Assembly: GCA_963833095.1 (NCBI GenBank)
Contig: CAWHWQ010000003.1
Span: 96,001 to 160,000, forward strand
DNA from: Vulcanimicrobiota bacterium
GTDB taxonomy: Bacteria; Vulcanimicrobiota; Vulcanimicrobiia; Vulcanimicrobiales; Vulcanimicrobiaceae
Reading direction: 5' to 3'
Length of the DNA: 64,000 nucleotides
In this document: positions 26,433-36,318 of the stretch, one piece after another
Position numbering within the stretch: the first letter of the stretch is position 1
Layout of the letters: each line of letters begins with the position of its first letter
Notes under the pieces: generated by a model
Seen by the model: the letters and a program-made list of their open reading frames with translations, nothing else
The model's database searches: none
Told to the model about the DNA's origin: nothing
Position numbers and translations under genes: made by a program

Positions 26433-27154
26433 GGCGAGCTTGCGCCGATTGCTTCACGCTGGCGCTCGAACAACTCGCGAATGCCGGTTTCCGCGAGCGC
26501 CAGGAGGCGGTCGAGTTGCTCCCGGTCGAACGGCGCGGCTTCTGCCGTCCCTTGAAGCTCGACGTACTTGCCGGCGTCAGTCATGAAGACGTTCATATCG
26601 GTATGGGCGGTCGAATCCTCGTCGTAGGCAAGATCGAGCATCGGCACACCGCGGACAATTCCGACGCTCGTTGCCGCAACCATCCCGGTGAGCGGCCATT
26701 TCACCCCTTGCAGTTCGGGAATCGCGCGCAGTGCTAGGGCGAGGGCGACGTATGCGCCGGTGACCGATGCGCTGCGCGTACCGCCGTCTGCCTGCAGCAC
26801 ATCGCAGTCGATCCAAACGGTGCGTTCACCGAGTTTCGAGGTGTCGGTAACGGCGCGCAGTGCGCGTCCGATGATTCGTTGGATTTCGTGCGTGCGCCCG
26901 CCGATTCGGCCTTTGGCGGATTCGCGCTGCGTGCGCTCTTGCGTTGCGCGCGGGAGCATCGCATACTCGGCGCTCACCCAGCCCAGGCCCTTGCCCTTGA
27001 GCCATTGCGGAACGCGATCCTCAACGGTAGCGGCGCAAAGGACGCGGGTGTTGCCGGTGCTGATCAGGGCGCTGCCCTCGGCGTATTTGAGAAAGCCCGG
27101 CTCGATAGAAACCGGGCGTAGTTCATCGGGCTTTCGCCCGTCCGAGCGCATCAT
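26429..27154 (-). CDS. rph: Ribonuclease PH
   Basis: [53 protein letters not shown]. Confidence 0.95.
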   Translation of the reverse strand: MMRSDGRKPDELRPVSIEPGFLKYAEGSALISTGNTRVLCAATVEDRVPQWLKGKGLGWVSAEYAMLPRATQERTQRESAKGRIGGRTHEIQRIIGRALRAVTDTSKLGERTVWIDCDVLQADGGTRSASVTGAYVALALALRAIPELQGVKWPLTGMVAATSVGIVRGVPMLDLAYDEDSTAHTDMNVFMTDAGKYVELQGTAEAAPFDREQLDRLLALAETGIRELFERQREAIGASSP

Positions 27155-27231
27155 ATGAACGCTTCTTTGGCGGACCGCGCAGGCATTCCGCCTACCAGGA
27201 AACAAACCGCCCGGTTGCCCGGAGGCATCTC

Positions 27232-27594
27232 ATGAAGCGCTTTTTCGCTGCTCTCGTTGCGACGTTGGCCCTCGTTCCGGCGGTCACTTCGGCGGCGGTG
27301 ATTTCGGTCTCTCCGCAAAAGCTCGTATTGGAAATCGGCGGTAGGGTCTTCGCAAAAGTCAGCGCGAGCGCGACGAGTTCGCATCTCGAGGTCTATCCAT
27401 CCAGCTGTTTCACGACCGCGGGCTCGCCGGGCGACATTCTCAAGGTGACTGGGCTGAACAAGTCTAGGTCAGGCAACTCCTCGACGCTAACCCTCGATGT
27501 GCGCGCGCAGCGCCCGGGAAGATGCACCATCAAGTTCCAGAGCGAGTCGGACGTTCGTTCGATCGACGTGAACGTCGAGCCGGAGCAACCCTGA
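27232..27594 (+). CDS. Secreted Ig-like hypothetical protein
   Basis: SD GGAGG, signal peptide, beta-rich mature part with two Cys. Confidence 0.65.
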   Translation: MKRFFAALVATLALVPAVTSAAVISVSPQKLVLEIGGRVFAKVSASATSSHLEVYPSSCFTTAGSPGDILKVTGLNKSRSGNSSTLTLDVRAQRPGRCTIKFQSESDVRSIDVNVEPEQP

Positions 27595-27599
27595 GGGGG

Positions 27600-27779
27600 C
27601 TATTCCGAGCGAGCTTCCTCGTTCTCGGTAAGCCGGTCGTAGATGTGGCGCGCGTACCAGTCCGGCCAGTCGGCGTCGGCATGCCCAAGCGACTTTTCGT
27701 AGATCCCGTGCGCATGCTCCGCGTCGCGCAGCAAATCGACAAGTCGCGCGACGGGGTCGCTGCCTAGATCAACCTGCAT
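27600..27779 (-). CDS. 59-aa small protein (not in ORF track)
   Basis: MQVDLGSDPVARLVDLLRDAEHAHGIYEKSLGHADADWPDWYARHIYDRLTENEEARSE; fills the gap just after glmS. Confidence 0.7.
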   Translation of the reverse strand: MQVDLGSDPVARLVDLLRDAEHAHGIYEKSLGHADADWPDWYARHIYDRLTENEEARSE

Positions 27780-27794
27780 GAACCCAGTATAGCG

Positions 27795-29647
27795 CTATTC
27801 GACCGTGACGGTCTTGGCTAGATTGCGCGGCTGATCGACGTCTTTGCCCTCGATATCGGCGATATGATATGCCAGCAGCTGCAGCGGGATCACGTTGACG
27901 ATCGGCGAGAGCAACTCGTCGACCTTCGGAACCCAGAAGACGTGATCGGCGATCGCTTCCGCTTCTTCGTCACCGTGGTTGGCAACAACGATGATCGGTG
28001 CCTCGCGCGCTTTGGACTCCATGAGGTTCGAAAGGATTTTCTCGCGCACGCGCCCATCGGTCATCACGCCGATCACCGGACGCTCGAATCGAGCAGCGCG
28101 ATCGGGCCGTGCTTCATCTCGCCTGCCGCATAGCCCTCGGCGTGAATGTAGCAGATCTCTTTGAGCTTCAGCGCGCCCTCCAGGGCGGTCGGGAAGTTGA
28201 TGTAGCGCCCGATGAACAGGACAGCTCTTCGCATCTTGCGAATCTTGCGCGCGACTTCGCGAATTTGATCCGAGGTGTTGAGCACGACGTCGACGCTGGC
28301 GGGAAGCAACTGCGTGTTCTCGGCGATCTCGCGCAACCGTCGACGGCGCCGTCTTCCGCGCACGCGTGCAAGATACAGTGCGAAGAGTGTCATCGCGGTC
28401 ACTTGCGAAACATAGGTCTTGGTCGCCGCGACGCCGATCTCAGGACCGCCGCGGGTAAAGAGCGTGCCGTCGGCAATGCGGGTGAGATGCGAGCCGAGCG
28501 ACGTTGCAGATGCCCAGAATCGAGCTGCCTGCGCCCTTGGCGATGCTTCACCGCTTCGATCGTATCGGCGGTCTCTCCGGACTGCGACATGGCGATGACG
28601 AGCGTCGTCGGATCGATGACGGGATCGCCGTAGCGAAACTCGCTTGCAAGCTCCATCTCGACCGGCAATTTGACGAGCGAGCGCAGCAAATACATGCCGA
28701 CCATACCGGCATGGTAGGCCGTGCCGCAACCGGTGATCGCGATTTTGGAAATCTCGCTGCAGGCGCTGCGGTCGTGATATTCCCGATCTCACCGCTGCAA
28801 ATCGACGCTGCGCATCGTCGTCAATGCGGCCGGCAAGGGTCTCTTTGATCACGTTGGGCTGCTCGAAGATTTCCTTGAGCATGAAATGTTTGTAGCCGCT
28901 CTTCTCAGCGGAAGCCGCGTCCCACGTCACATTGATGACGTCGCGCACGATCGGCGTTCCGTCGTAATTCATGAGCCGGTAGCCGTCGCGATCGACCACC
29001 GCCATCTCGCCTTCTTGCAAGATGATTTCGTGCCGCGTGTACTGCAGAATCGCCGGCGTGTCGGAAGCGACGAACATCTCGCCCTCGCCGATCCCGATCA
29101 CGAGCGGGCTTGCGCCGTTGCGCGCAAAGATCAAATGCTCCGGATCATCGCTAGAGATGACGCCCAGCGCATAGGCGCCCCGCACGTCGGCAAGCGTCTT
29201 GCGCACGGCCGCTTCCAAGTCGCCGTCGTCGTAGCATTTCGATCAGATGCGCGAGCACTTCGGTGTCGGTCTCGCTCTTGAAGACGTGACCGAACTTCGA
29301 TCAGCTTCGCGCGCAGCGGGCGTAGTTCTCGATGATGCCGTTGTGGACGACCGCGATGCGTCCGGTGCAATCCATGTGCGGGTGGGCGTTGGCGTCGTTG
29401 GGTCGCCCGTGCGTCGCCCAACGCGTGTGCCCCAGGCCGACCGCTGCCGTGCGAGCGCTTCGCCGTTGCGCAGACGCTCGGCCAAACGCGAGAGTTTGCC
29501 TTCGGCCTTGCTCCCGGTCAGCGTCGCCGTTCGCGTCGATAACGGCGATACCCGCGCTGTCGTATCCGCGATACTCGAGCCGCGCGAGCGAATCGAGAAT
29601 GATCGGAACGCTATCGCGCTCACCGATATAACCAACAATCCGCACAC
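27795..29647 (-). CDS. glmS: Glutamine-fructose-6-phosphate aminotransferase; multiple frameshifts (probable assembly errors)
   Basis: [84 protein letters not shown] across frames. Confidence 0.92.
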
Positions 29648-29717
29648 TGATTCACCCGCCAATCCTCGAGATTGCCCTTCGGGCGATTCCCGTGGCCTGC
29701 GAGACGACGGCATTGAT

Positions 29718-29991
29718 TTACTTGATGCCTTCCTTGGTGCGGTGGTATTCGATCGTGCCTTCGGCGATTTCGTCGAGCGCGATCGAGACCGGCTTGTTGG
29801 GGTTGATATCGTCCTGGTCGACGAGCGGTTCGCTGGCGAAGAATTCGCGACGATCCGCGGACGGCAGCTGCTGAACGCGGATCCAGTTGTTCAACTGGCG
29901 CGCGCGCTTGGTCACGATGTTGACCAGGCTGAACTTCGAATCTGGCGTGCTCGAGCAGCACATCGAGATCGCCAAAAATGGTCTTACTCAC
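29718..29991 (-). CDS. rpoZ: RNA polymerase omega subunit; one frameshift
   Basis: SKFSLVNIVTKRARQL...KPVSIALDEI; follows gmk. Confidence 0.85.
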
Positions 29992-30022
29992 GATGTTCCT
30001 TTCTTCTGATCCCTTTTGGTAG

Positions 30023-30646
30023 CTAGGTGTGTTCGAGGTCCCGCGAGCGAATCGTCGCTGTACCGGTGGATCCGGAATCGTTCGGCCTGAACGATCGCCT
30101 GCAAATCCGCGGACCGCTTGGTCGGGCTTGGCCCTGTTCGTTGATCACGATGTAGTCGAAATTGCGGATATACTTCATCTCCTGGTGCGCGATCTCCAGC
30201 CGGCGCGCAATCTCTTCGTTTGTTTCGGTGCGCCGCGCAAGCAAGCGCTCGCGCAAGTGCGAGAACCGATCGGGCACCAGAAAGATCAGGACCGCGTCGG
30301 GATAGGCCGCTTTGACCGCCAAGGCCCCGTTGACTTCGGGCTTCATGATCACGTCGTAGCCCTGCGCGAGGGTTGACTCCATGAAGTCGCGCGGAGTTCC
30401 ATAGAGGTTCTCGTTGTACTCGCGCCACTCCAAGAAGCCGCCCGCTGCTTGGCGCTCCTCGAAGGCTGCGTGCGTCACGAAGAAATAATGCTCGCCCTCA
30501 GTCTCCCCGGGCCGCGGAGGCCGGGTGGTCGCCGACACGGAGTACCGCATGCGGGGCATGCGCTCGCGTAACGCATCGACCAGGGTATCCTTGCCGGCTC
30601 CAGATGGGCCGGACACCACGAATAAGAGCCCTGGGCCGGTGATCAC
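30023..30646 (-). CDS. gmk: Guanylate kinase; probable frameshift near the 3' end
   Basis: VVSGPSGAGKDT, SVSATTRPPRPGE.EGEHYFF, YGTP, FDYIVIN. Confidence 0.92.
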   Translation of the reverse strand: MITGPGLLFVVSGPSGAGKDTLVDALRERMPRMRYSVSATTRPPRPGETEGEHYFFVTHAAFEERQAAGGFLEWREYNENLYGTPRDFMESTLAQGYDVIMKPEVNGALAVKAAYPDAVLIFLVPDRFSHLRERLLARRTETNEEIARRLEIAHQEMKYIRNFDYIVINEQGQARPSGPRICRRSFRPNDSGSTGTATIRSRDLEHT

Positions 30647-30707
30647 TCGAACTCCTCTGGAAACGAAGCCTGAAGTGTTCCCATCCAATGGGGAGGTCAC
30701 CTGGTCC

Positions 30708-32214
30708 ATGTCACTACTTTCGCTCGCATCGATCCTTGCCGAGAGCGCTATGCGCCACCCCGAGCGGACCGCCCTCGTAGCCGGCCAGGAGCGGATCGGC
30801 TACGCCAGACTCTGGGAGGAGGCCCGGCGGTTCGCTGCCCACCTGCGGACCTTAGGCGTCGGCGCGGGCGACCGGGTGGCGATCCTCGTGCTCAACACCC
30901 CCGATTTCCCGCGTGCCTATTACGGCGTGCTGGCTCTCGGCGCGGTGGTGGTCCCGGTCCACGCCCTGCTCACCCCCGAGGAGATCGCCTTTATCCTGAG
31001 CGATTCTGGGGCAAAGGTCCTGATCTGCGGGGGACCGCTGATTCCCAACGGAACCGCGGGCGCCGCGGCTGCGGGCATCCAGGTCTTCGAAGCCCGTCTT
31101 CCAGCCGGTGTGCCGATCGCGGCTCTCGTCGAACGCGAGCCCGGCGACGACGCGGTCATTCTCTATACCAGCGGAACGACCGGCCGCCCCAAAGGCGCGG
31201 TGCTCTCGCAAAATAACATCATCCTCAACGCGTCGGTGTGCGTGAACGACCTCTTCTACGTCGTGCGCGACGACGTGTTCCTAGCCGCGTTGCCGCTCTT
31301 TCACGCGTTCGGTCAAACCGTCGTGATGAACGCCGCGTTTCGGGCCGGCGCGACCGTCGTGCTGATGCCACGTTTTGACGGCGCGGCCGCGCTCGATCTG
31401 ATGATCGAACATAACGTGACGGTTTTCGCCGGCGTGCCGACGATGTACATTGCGCTGCTGGAAGCAGCCAAAGCGCGCGCGCAACGTCCGGAGTTGCGCG
31501 TTGCGGATTGCCGGCGGTTCATCGCTGCCGCTCGTCGTGCTCGAGGCGTTCGAGGCGAGTTTCGGTGTCCAGATCTACGAAGGCTATGGTCTTTCCGAAA
31601 CGTCTCCGGTCGCAAGCTTCAACCAGCAAGATTTCGGACGCAAACCCGGGACGGTCGGCCGTGGCATCTGGGGCGTCGAGGTCGACGTCGCGCGCGCCGA
31701 GCTGGAGGACCACATCGAGCTGCTTGAACAGGACGAGCTTGGCGAGATCGTGATTCGCGGTCACTGCGTGTTCAAGGGGTACTTGAACAACCCCGAAGCG
31801 ACCCGTGCAGTCATCGTCGACGGCTGGTTCCGTTCGGGGGATCTAGGCACCAAGGATGCGGACGGATTCATTACGATCGTCGATCGCAAGAAAGACTTGA
31901 TCATACGCGGCGGATACAATGTCTATCCACGCGAGGTCGAGGAAGTGCTGATGCGCCATCCCGCGGTCAAACAGGTGGCGATTATCGGTATCCCGCACGA
32001 AACCCACGGCGAAGAAGTCGTTGCCGTAATCGTCCGCTCCGACGAGGGAATGGACGTCACGGACGAAACGATCATCGCCTGGTCTCAAGAGCACCTCGCG
32101 CGCTATAAGTACCCGCGGCACGTGCATTTCATCGAGGCGATGCCGCTGGGTCCCAGCGGGAAAGTGCTTAAACGAGAACTCCGCGATCGCTTGCATCAAA
32201 GGACGGTATCATGA
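30708..32214 (+). CDS. Long-chain fatty acid-CoA ligase; one frameshift near 31500
   Basis: YTSGTTGRPKG, LPLFHAFG, YEGYGLSETSP, GWFRSGDLG, DRKKDLIIRGGYNVYPREVE, GKVLK. Confidence 0.9.
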
Positions 32215-32522
32215 TCGGTACGACCACTCGCATTCGTTCGTTCAACGTCATTCAGCTCGCACTCATGGCCGGCGTGCTCTACGCGTTGCTCGGTGTCATC
32301 GCCGGATTCTTCGAGGGCTTGGCGGCGATGAGCGCGGGCTCGCTCTTCTCCGGCTACGGCATGCCGAGCTTCGGCCCACTAAGCATCGTGCTCTTCCCGA
32401 TTCTGTTCGCGGTCATTCTCTTCGTGGGCGCCTTCATCTACGCGCTCGTCGGCGGAGCGCTCTACAATCTCGTCGCGGGCTGGATCGGCGGCGTCGAGGT
32501 TCAGCTCGAAACGCGCGTCTAA
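32211..32522 (+). CDS. Small two-TM membrane protein (DUF3566-like)
   Basis: Two hydrophobic helices, C-terminal LYNLVAGWIGGVEVQL. Confidence 0.7.
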   Translation: MIGTTTRIRSFNVIQLALMAGVLYALLGVIAGFFEGLAAMSAGSLFSGYGMPSFGPLSIVLFPILFAVILFVGAFIYALVGGALYNLVAGWIGGVEVQLETRV

Positions 32523-32535
32523 GCGCCCGATTTTC

Positions 32536-33915
32536 GTGGAACGCTTACGAACCGATCCGGAGCTGATCGCTCGGCTTGCGGCAGAGATCGATGCGCGCTT
32601 TTCCGGATCGAGGGTTCGCGACGTGGGACGCTTGCCCGACGGCCGCATCGCGCTGGTCTTGTGGTCGCGAGGCCACGAGCAGATGGTGTGTATCGACGTT
32701 TTCGGCACTCCGCCGCTGATCACGGTCGAAGATGCGCGCGAGCTTTCGATCGAGAGCGAGGCGGGATTCATCCGCGCGACGGGCGCGGCACTGCGCGGCA
32801 GCACGCTCCTTTCCGCCAAGGCTCGCAAAGGCGATAGGCTCGTGCGTCTGACCTTCGGAACACGCTCGCGCTTCGGCGTCGGTGACGAGAGCGACCTCTA
32901 CGTGGAGCTGGTACCACGCTTCGGAAACATCGTGCTGGTGCGCAAAGAGCGTATCGTCGCCGCCCTCAAGGAGTTTTCTCTGGCGGAAAACGCCGCGCGC
33001 GCGATCGAGATCGGGCATCCGTATGCGCTCCCGCCGCTGGTCGCGAGGACGCGTCCCGACGCAGAGCAAGTCGTGGCCCAAGGCGCGAGCGTCTTAGATC
33101 ACCTCAGCGCGTTCCGCGCGCAATCGGCGTTCATCGGCGAAAGCTATCGGACCGAACATCGCCGCAAAGCTCTAATCAAACGGCTCGACGAGCGCGAGCG
33201 CAAGGTTCGCAAAGATCTCGAGTCTGTGGCGCAAAAAGAGCGCGCGGCCGCCGATCGCGATCAACTTCGCGAGCGAGGAGAGGCGCTTTACGGCGGATTG
33301 CACGAGCTTGACGAGGCCGCGCGCGATCTTGCAAAGGAGGAAGCCAGCGGGCTCTTCGCCCGCTACAAGAAGCTCGGTGCCGCGTTGACCCATCTTGCCG
33401 CGCGCGACCGAACGCTACGTTCGACGCTGCAGGCCATCGAGCAACTGCGCTGGGAGGCCGAGCGTATCGACGAGACCGACCTTGCCGACGTCGAGCATGC
33501 TGCCGCGGTGCTCGAACGACGCACGACCAAGACGGGAAAGCCAGCACCGCGTCGTAAGCGCGCACCGCTGGAGGTTCGCACGGCAAGCGGATCGCGCATC
33601 GTGGTGGGCCGTTCACCGAGCGAAAACGCCGACCTCACGTTTCACGTCGCGCGCCCCAACGATTGGTGGTTCCATGCGCAGAGCGTCCCTGGCGCCCACG
33701 TGATCCTGCAGCGCGACGATCGCAGCGAGCCGCCCGCCGATGACATCGAGCGGGCGGCGTCGCTGGCCGCATATTTTTCGAAAGCGCGCGCGAGCGCGAA
33801 GGTCGCGATCGACTATACGTTACGCAAGCACGTGCGTGCGCAACGCGATGCGCCGCCCGGCCTGGTGTGGTATACGCATCCGCGCACCATCATGGCCGAA
33901 CCCGCGCCGCCCTAA
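32536..33915 (+). CDS. rqcH: NFACT/RqcH (FbpA-like) ribosome quality-control protein, compact form
   Basis: LYVELVPRFGNIVL (NFACT-N), coiled coils, VGRSPSENADLT..WWFHAQSVPGAHV..AAYFSKAR..IDYT (NFACT-R). Confidence 0.8.
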   Translation: MERLRTDPELIARLAAEIDARFSGSRVRDVGRLPDGRIALVLWSRGHEQMVCIDVFGTPPLITVEDARELSIESEAGFIRATGAALRGSTLLSAKARKGDRLVRLTFGTRSRFGVGDESDLYVELVPRFGNIVLVRKERIVAALKEFSLAENAARAIEIGHPYALPPLVARTRPDAEQVVAQGASVLDHLSAFRAQSAFIGESYRTEHRRKALIKRLDERERKVRKDLESVAQKERAAADRDQLRERGEALYGGLHELDEAARDLAKEEASGLFARYKKLGAALTHLAARDRTLRSTLQAIEQLRWEAERIDETDLADVEHAAAVLERRTTKTGKPAPRRKRAPLEVRTASGSRIVVGRSPSENADLTFHVARPNDWWFHAQSVPGAHVILQRDDRSEPPADDIERAASLAAYFSKARASAKVAIDYTLRKHVRAQRDAPPGLVWYTHPRTIMAEPAPP

Positions 33916-33916
33916 G

Positions 33917-34525
33917 CTACTTGGGCAGCCGAGATTCGCACACGGTCCAATCCGTATGCGCTAGAAAAGCTTCGATGTACTTGCCTTTGTCGGCAGGCTT
34001 ATAGTCGCGCAGGTAGGCATGCTCCCACAAGTCCATGACGACGATCGGATCGCAGCCGGCAAGTTCGTTGATGTTGTGGTCGCCGATCCAGACGTTGATG
34101 AGTCCATTCGCCTTCGCGTCGTAAAACGTGATGGCCCAGCCCACGCCACGCATCGCACCGATCGCGGCCAGATCTTTCTTCCAGTTCTCGAACGATCCAA
34201 AGCTTTCGCCCGCTAGATCGTACAGACGTCCACGGCTATAGTCTTTGGGATTCTTGGTGAGATTATCGAAATAAAATTCGTGCAGGCGCATGCCGTTGAA
34301 TTCCCAGCCGAGCCGGCGCACGAGTTCGGCGAATGCAGGGTCGGCGCCGGCATTCTTGCCCGCGGCGCGAATCTCGGCCAGCCGTTCGTTGAGGGTGTTC
34401 GTGTTTTTCACGTACCCTTCGTACAGGCCGAAGTGGATCTGCAGTGTGTCATCGGAGATGCCTTGCAACCCCGAGAGATCCCATTTCTTGGGTGTGTAGC
34501 TCTTGGTCGCGGTGTTAACGCTCAT
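33917..34525 (-). CDS. Fe/Mn superoxide dismutase family protein (divergent HxxLY/ChrC-like type)
   Basis: QIHFGLYEGYVKNTN, EFNGMRLHEFYFDNL, GVGW, MDLWEHAYLRDY. Confidence 0.88.
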   Translation of the reverse strand: MSVNTATKSYTPKKWDLSGLQGISDDTLQIHFGLYEGYVKNTNTLNERLAEIRAAGKNAGADPAFAELVRRLGWEFNGMRLHEFYFDNLTKNPKDYSRGRLYDLAGESFGSFENWKKDLAAIGAMRGVGWAITFYDAKANGLINVWIGDHNINELAGCDPIVVMDLWEHAYLRDYKPADKGKYIEAFLAHTDWTVCESRLPK

Positions 34526-34706
34526 GTTCTATTTTGGAACCCCGTATCTAGCGTAATGTGCCTCTGTAGTCTACCCCTGTAGAACGAGAACAGGTTGGGA
34601 ATGGCTGCAGCACATCAAAGGGCAAGCCGCTTGCTTGCAATAAGAGATGCCTTAAGCGTCTCGTATGGACCTCTCTCCGGGCCCTGAATTGCTGAGGTGA
34701 TTGCCA

Positions 34707-34820
34707 ATGAAGAACCCCCTGGACTCGTTGTGGGGCACGGTTATCGGCGGTGTCGTCCTCACGGTCATGTTCTTTTACGTCGCGCAGTGGCTCGTGGTGC
34801 GCACGAGCGCGGGAGGCTGA
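34707..34820 (+). CDS. 37-aa single-TM peptide (not in ORF track)
   Basis: SD GAGGTG; MKNPLDSLWGTVIGGVVLTVMFFYVAQWLVVRTSAGG; its 3' end holds the GGAGG SD of the next gene. Confidence 0.65.
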   Translation: MKNPLDSLWGTVIGGVVLTVMFFYVAQWLVVRTSAGG

Positions 34821-34824
34821 CGCT

Positions 34825-35337
34825 ATGGAAGCACTCGAAGGCGCAGTCTTGCGCTGGCTCCACGTTATGGTCGGCATCATGTGGGTCGGACTGCTCTACT
34901 ACTTCAATTTCGTCAACGTCGAGGCGGCGAAGCAGGCGAATGCGGCCGGCGAAGGGGCCGGCATCAGTAAGTACGTGATGCCCCGCGCGCTACTCTTCTT
35001 CCGCTGGGCTGCGGTGGCGACGTGGCTTCTCGGCGCCGGGTTGCTTTCAACGATGCAATCCGCGAGCGGACTCAACGGGTTTGTCGCGGCATTCGGATTA
35101 CAGGGCGAATTCGCCCCAATCGGCATCGGCGCATGGCTCGGCACGATCATGCTTTTCAACGTGTGGGGCATCATCTGGCCGAATCAGCAAAAGATCCTCG
35201 GCTACAAACCCGCCACGGACGAAGAAAAGGCGAAGTCGCGTCGCATCGCGTTCCTGGCTTCACGGGCGAACACGATGCTCTCGATCCCGATGCTCTGGTT
35301 CATGGTGACCGGACCACACCAATCCATCTACCACTAG
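34825..35337 (+). CDS. Urate hydroxylase PuuD-like membrane protein (Urate_ox_N-type domain only)
   Basis: LRWLHVMVGIMWVGLLYYFNFV, PRALLFFRW, IMLFNVWGIIWPNQQKILG, SRANTMLSIPM. Confidence 0.82.
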   Translation: MEALEGAVLRWLHVMVGIMWVGLLYYFNFVNVEAAKQANAAGEGAGISKYVMPRALLFFRWAAVATWLLGAGLLSTMQSASGLNGFVAAFGLQGEFAPIGIGAWLGTIMLFNVWGIIWPNQQKILGYKPATDEEKAKSRRIAFLASRANTMLSIPMLWFMVTGPHQSIYH

Positions 35338-36314
35338 TCCGGAACGAGAATGATCTTCCCGATATGTTGGCTCGACTCCATGCGCGCGTGCGCCTCCGCC
35401 GCTTGCGAGAACGTGTAGACCGAATCGACGACGGGAAAAATCGGGTCGCGGTTGGGAAGCAGCGGCCAGATGTGCGTACGGAGGCCGTCCGCGATGGCGG
35501 CCTTTTCCGTGTCGGTGCGCGGGCGCAGGCTCGATCCGTAGATGGTGGCGCGGCGCTGCATGAGGTACCGCAAGTCGATCGTCGACTCGCTCCCGCCGGC
35601 GTGCGCGATGCATGCGATGCGCCCTTCGGTCGCGATCGCGCGTAAGTCGCGATTGAGGTACTCACCGCCCACGATGTCGAGCACGACGTCGACACCGCGT
35701 TTGTTGGTGAACTCCAACACCTGCTCAACGAAGTCGGCGGTCTTGTAGTCGATTGCGGCTTCCGCGCCGATCTCGAGCGCGGCCCGGCATTTCTCCTCCG
35801 AACCGGCGGTTACAATCGCGCGAGCGCCCACCGCACGGGCGAACATGATGCCGGTCGTGCCGATGCCGCTCGTGCCGCCGTGGATCAGCGCGGTTTCGCC
35901 CACCCCCAACTTCGCGCGCACCAAGAGATTGTCATAGACCGTAAAGCCGTTTTCGGGCAGCGTAGCGCCCTCGACGAAGGACCATTGCGCTGGTAGCGGG
36001 AGTACCTGCCCGACTGGGATACGCACGTACTCGCTGTATCCCCCGCCGTTGCAAAGCGCGACGACGCGGTCGCCGACCGAGAACGCGCAGGTTCCCGTGA
36101 TCTGCGCGATCGTGCCGCTGACTTCGAGACCTAGGATGGGTGATGCGCCCTTGGGAGGCGGATACAGGCCGCGCCGCTGGAGTGTGTCGGCGCGGCTGAC
36201 GCCCGCGGCTTCGACCTCGATCAAGACCTCGCCCGGGCGCGGTGCGGGCGCGGGCCCCTGCGCAACATGGAGCACCGACGGATCGCCGGGCTGATCGAAC
36301 GCGACGTACCTCAC
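35334..36314 (-). CDS. NAD(P)H-quinone oxidoreductase (PIG3/MDR family)
   Basis: QRRGLYPPP.GAS.ILGLEVSG, IHGGTSGIGT, GSSLRPR, HIGKIIL. Confidence 0.9.
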   Translation of the reverse strand: MRYVAFDQPGDPSVLHVAQGPAPAPRPGEVLIEVEAAGVSRADTLQRRGLYPPPKGASPILGLEVSGTIAQITGTCAFSVGDRVVALCNGGGYSEYVRIPVGQVLPLPAQWSFVEGATLPENGFTVYDNLLVRAKLGVGETALIHGGTSGIGTTGIMFARAVGARAIVTAGSEEKCRAALEIGAEAAIDYKTADFVEQVLEFTNKRGVDVVLDIVGGEYLNRDLRAIATEGRIACIAHAGGSESTIDLRYLMQRRATIYGSSLRPRTDTEKAAIADGLRTHIWPLLPNRDPIFPVVDSVYTFSQAAEAHARMESSQHIGKIILVPD

Positions 36315-36318
36315 GGCA

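Noticed and set aside
29648..29717. Possible glmS ribozyme upstream of glmS
   Set aside because: Only about 70 nt with small hairpins; the AGCGCC...GACGAGG core is absent.
27795..31520. Programmed frameshifting or pseudogenes in glmS, rpoZ, gmk and the acyl-CoA ligase (also carB, valS, pknB)
   Set aside because: Many indels in both directions, clustered by region, with no consistent slippery sites; assembly error is more parsimonious.
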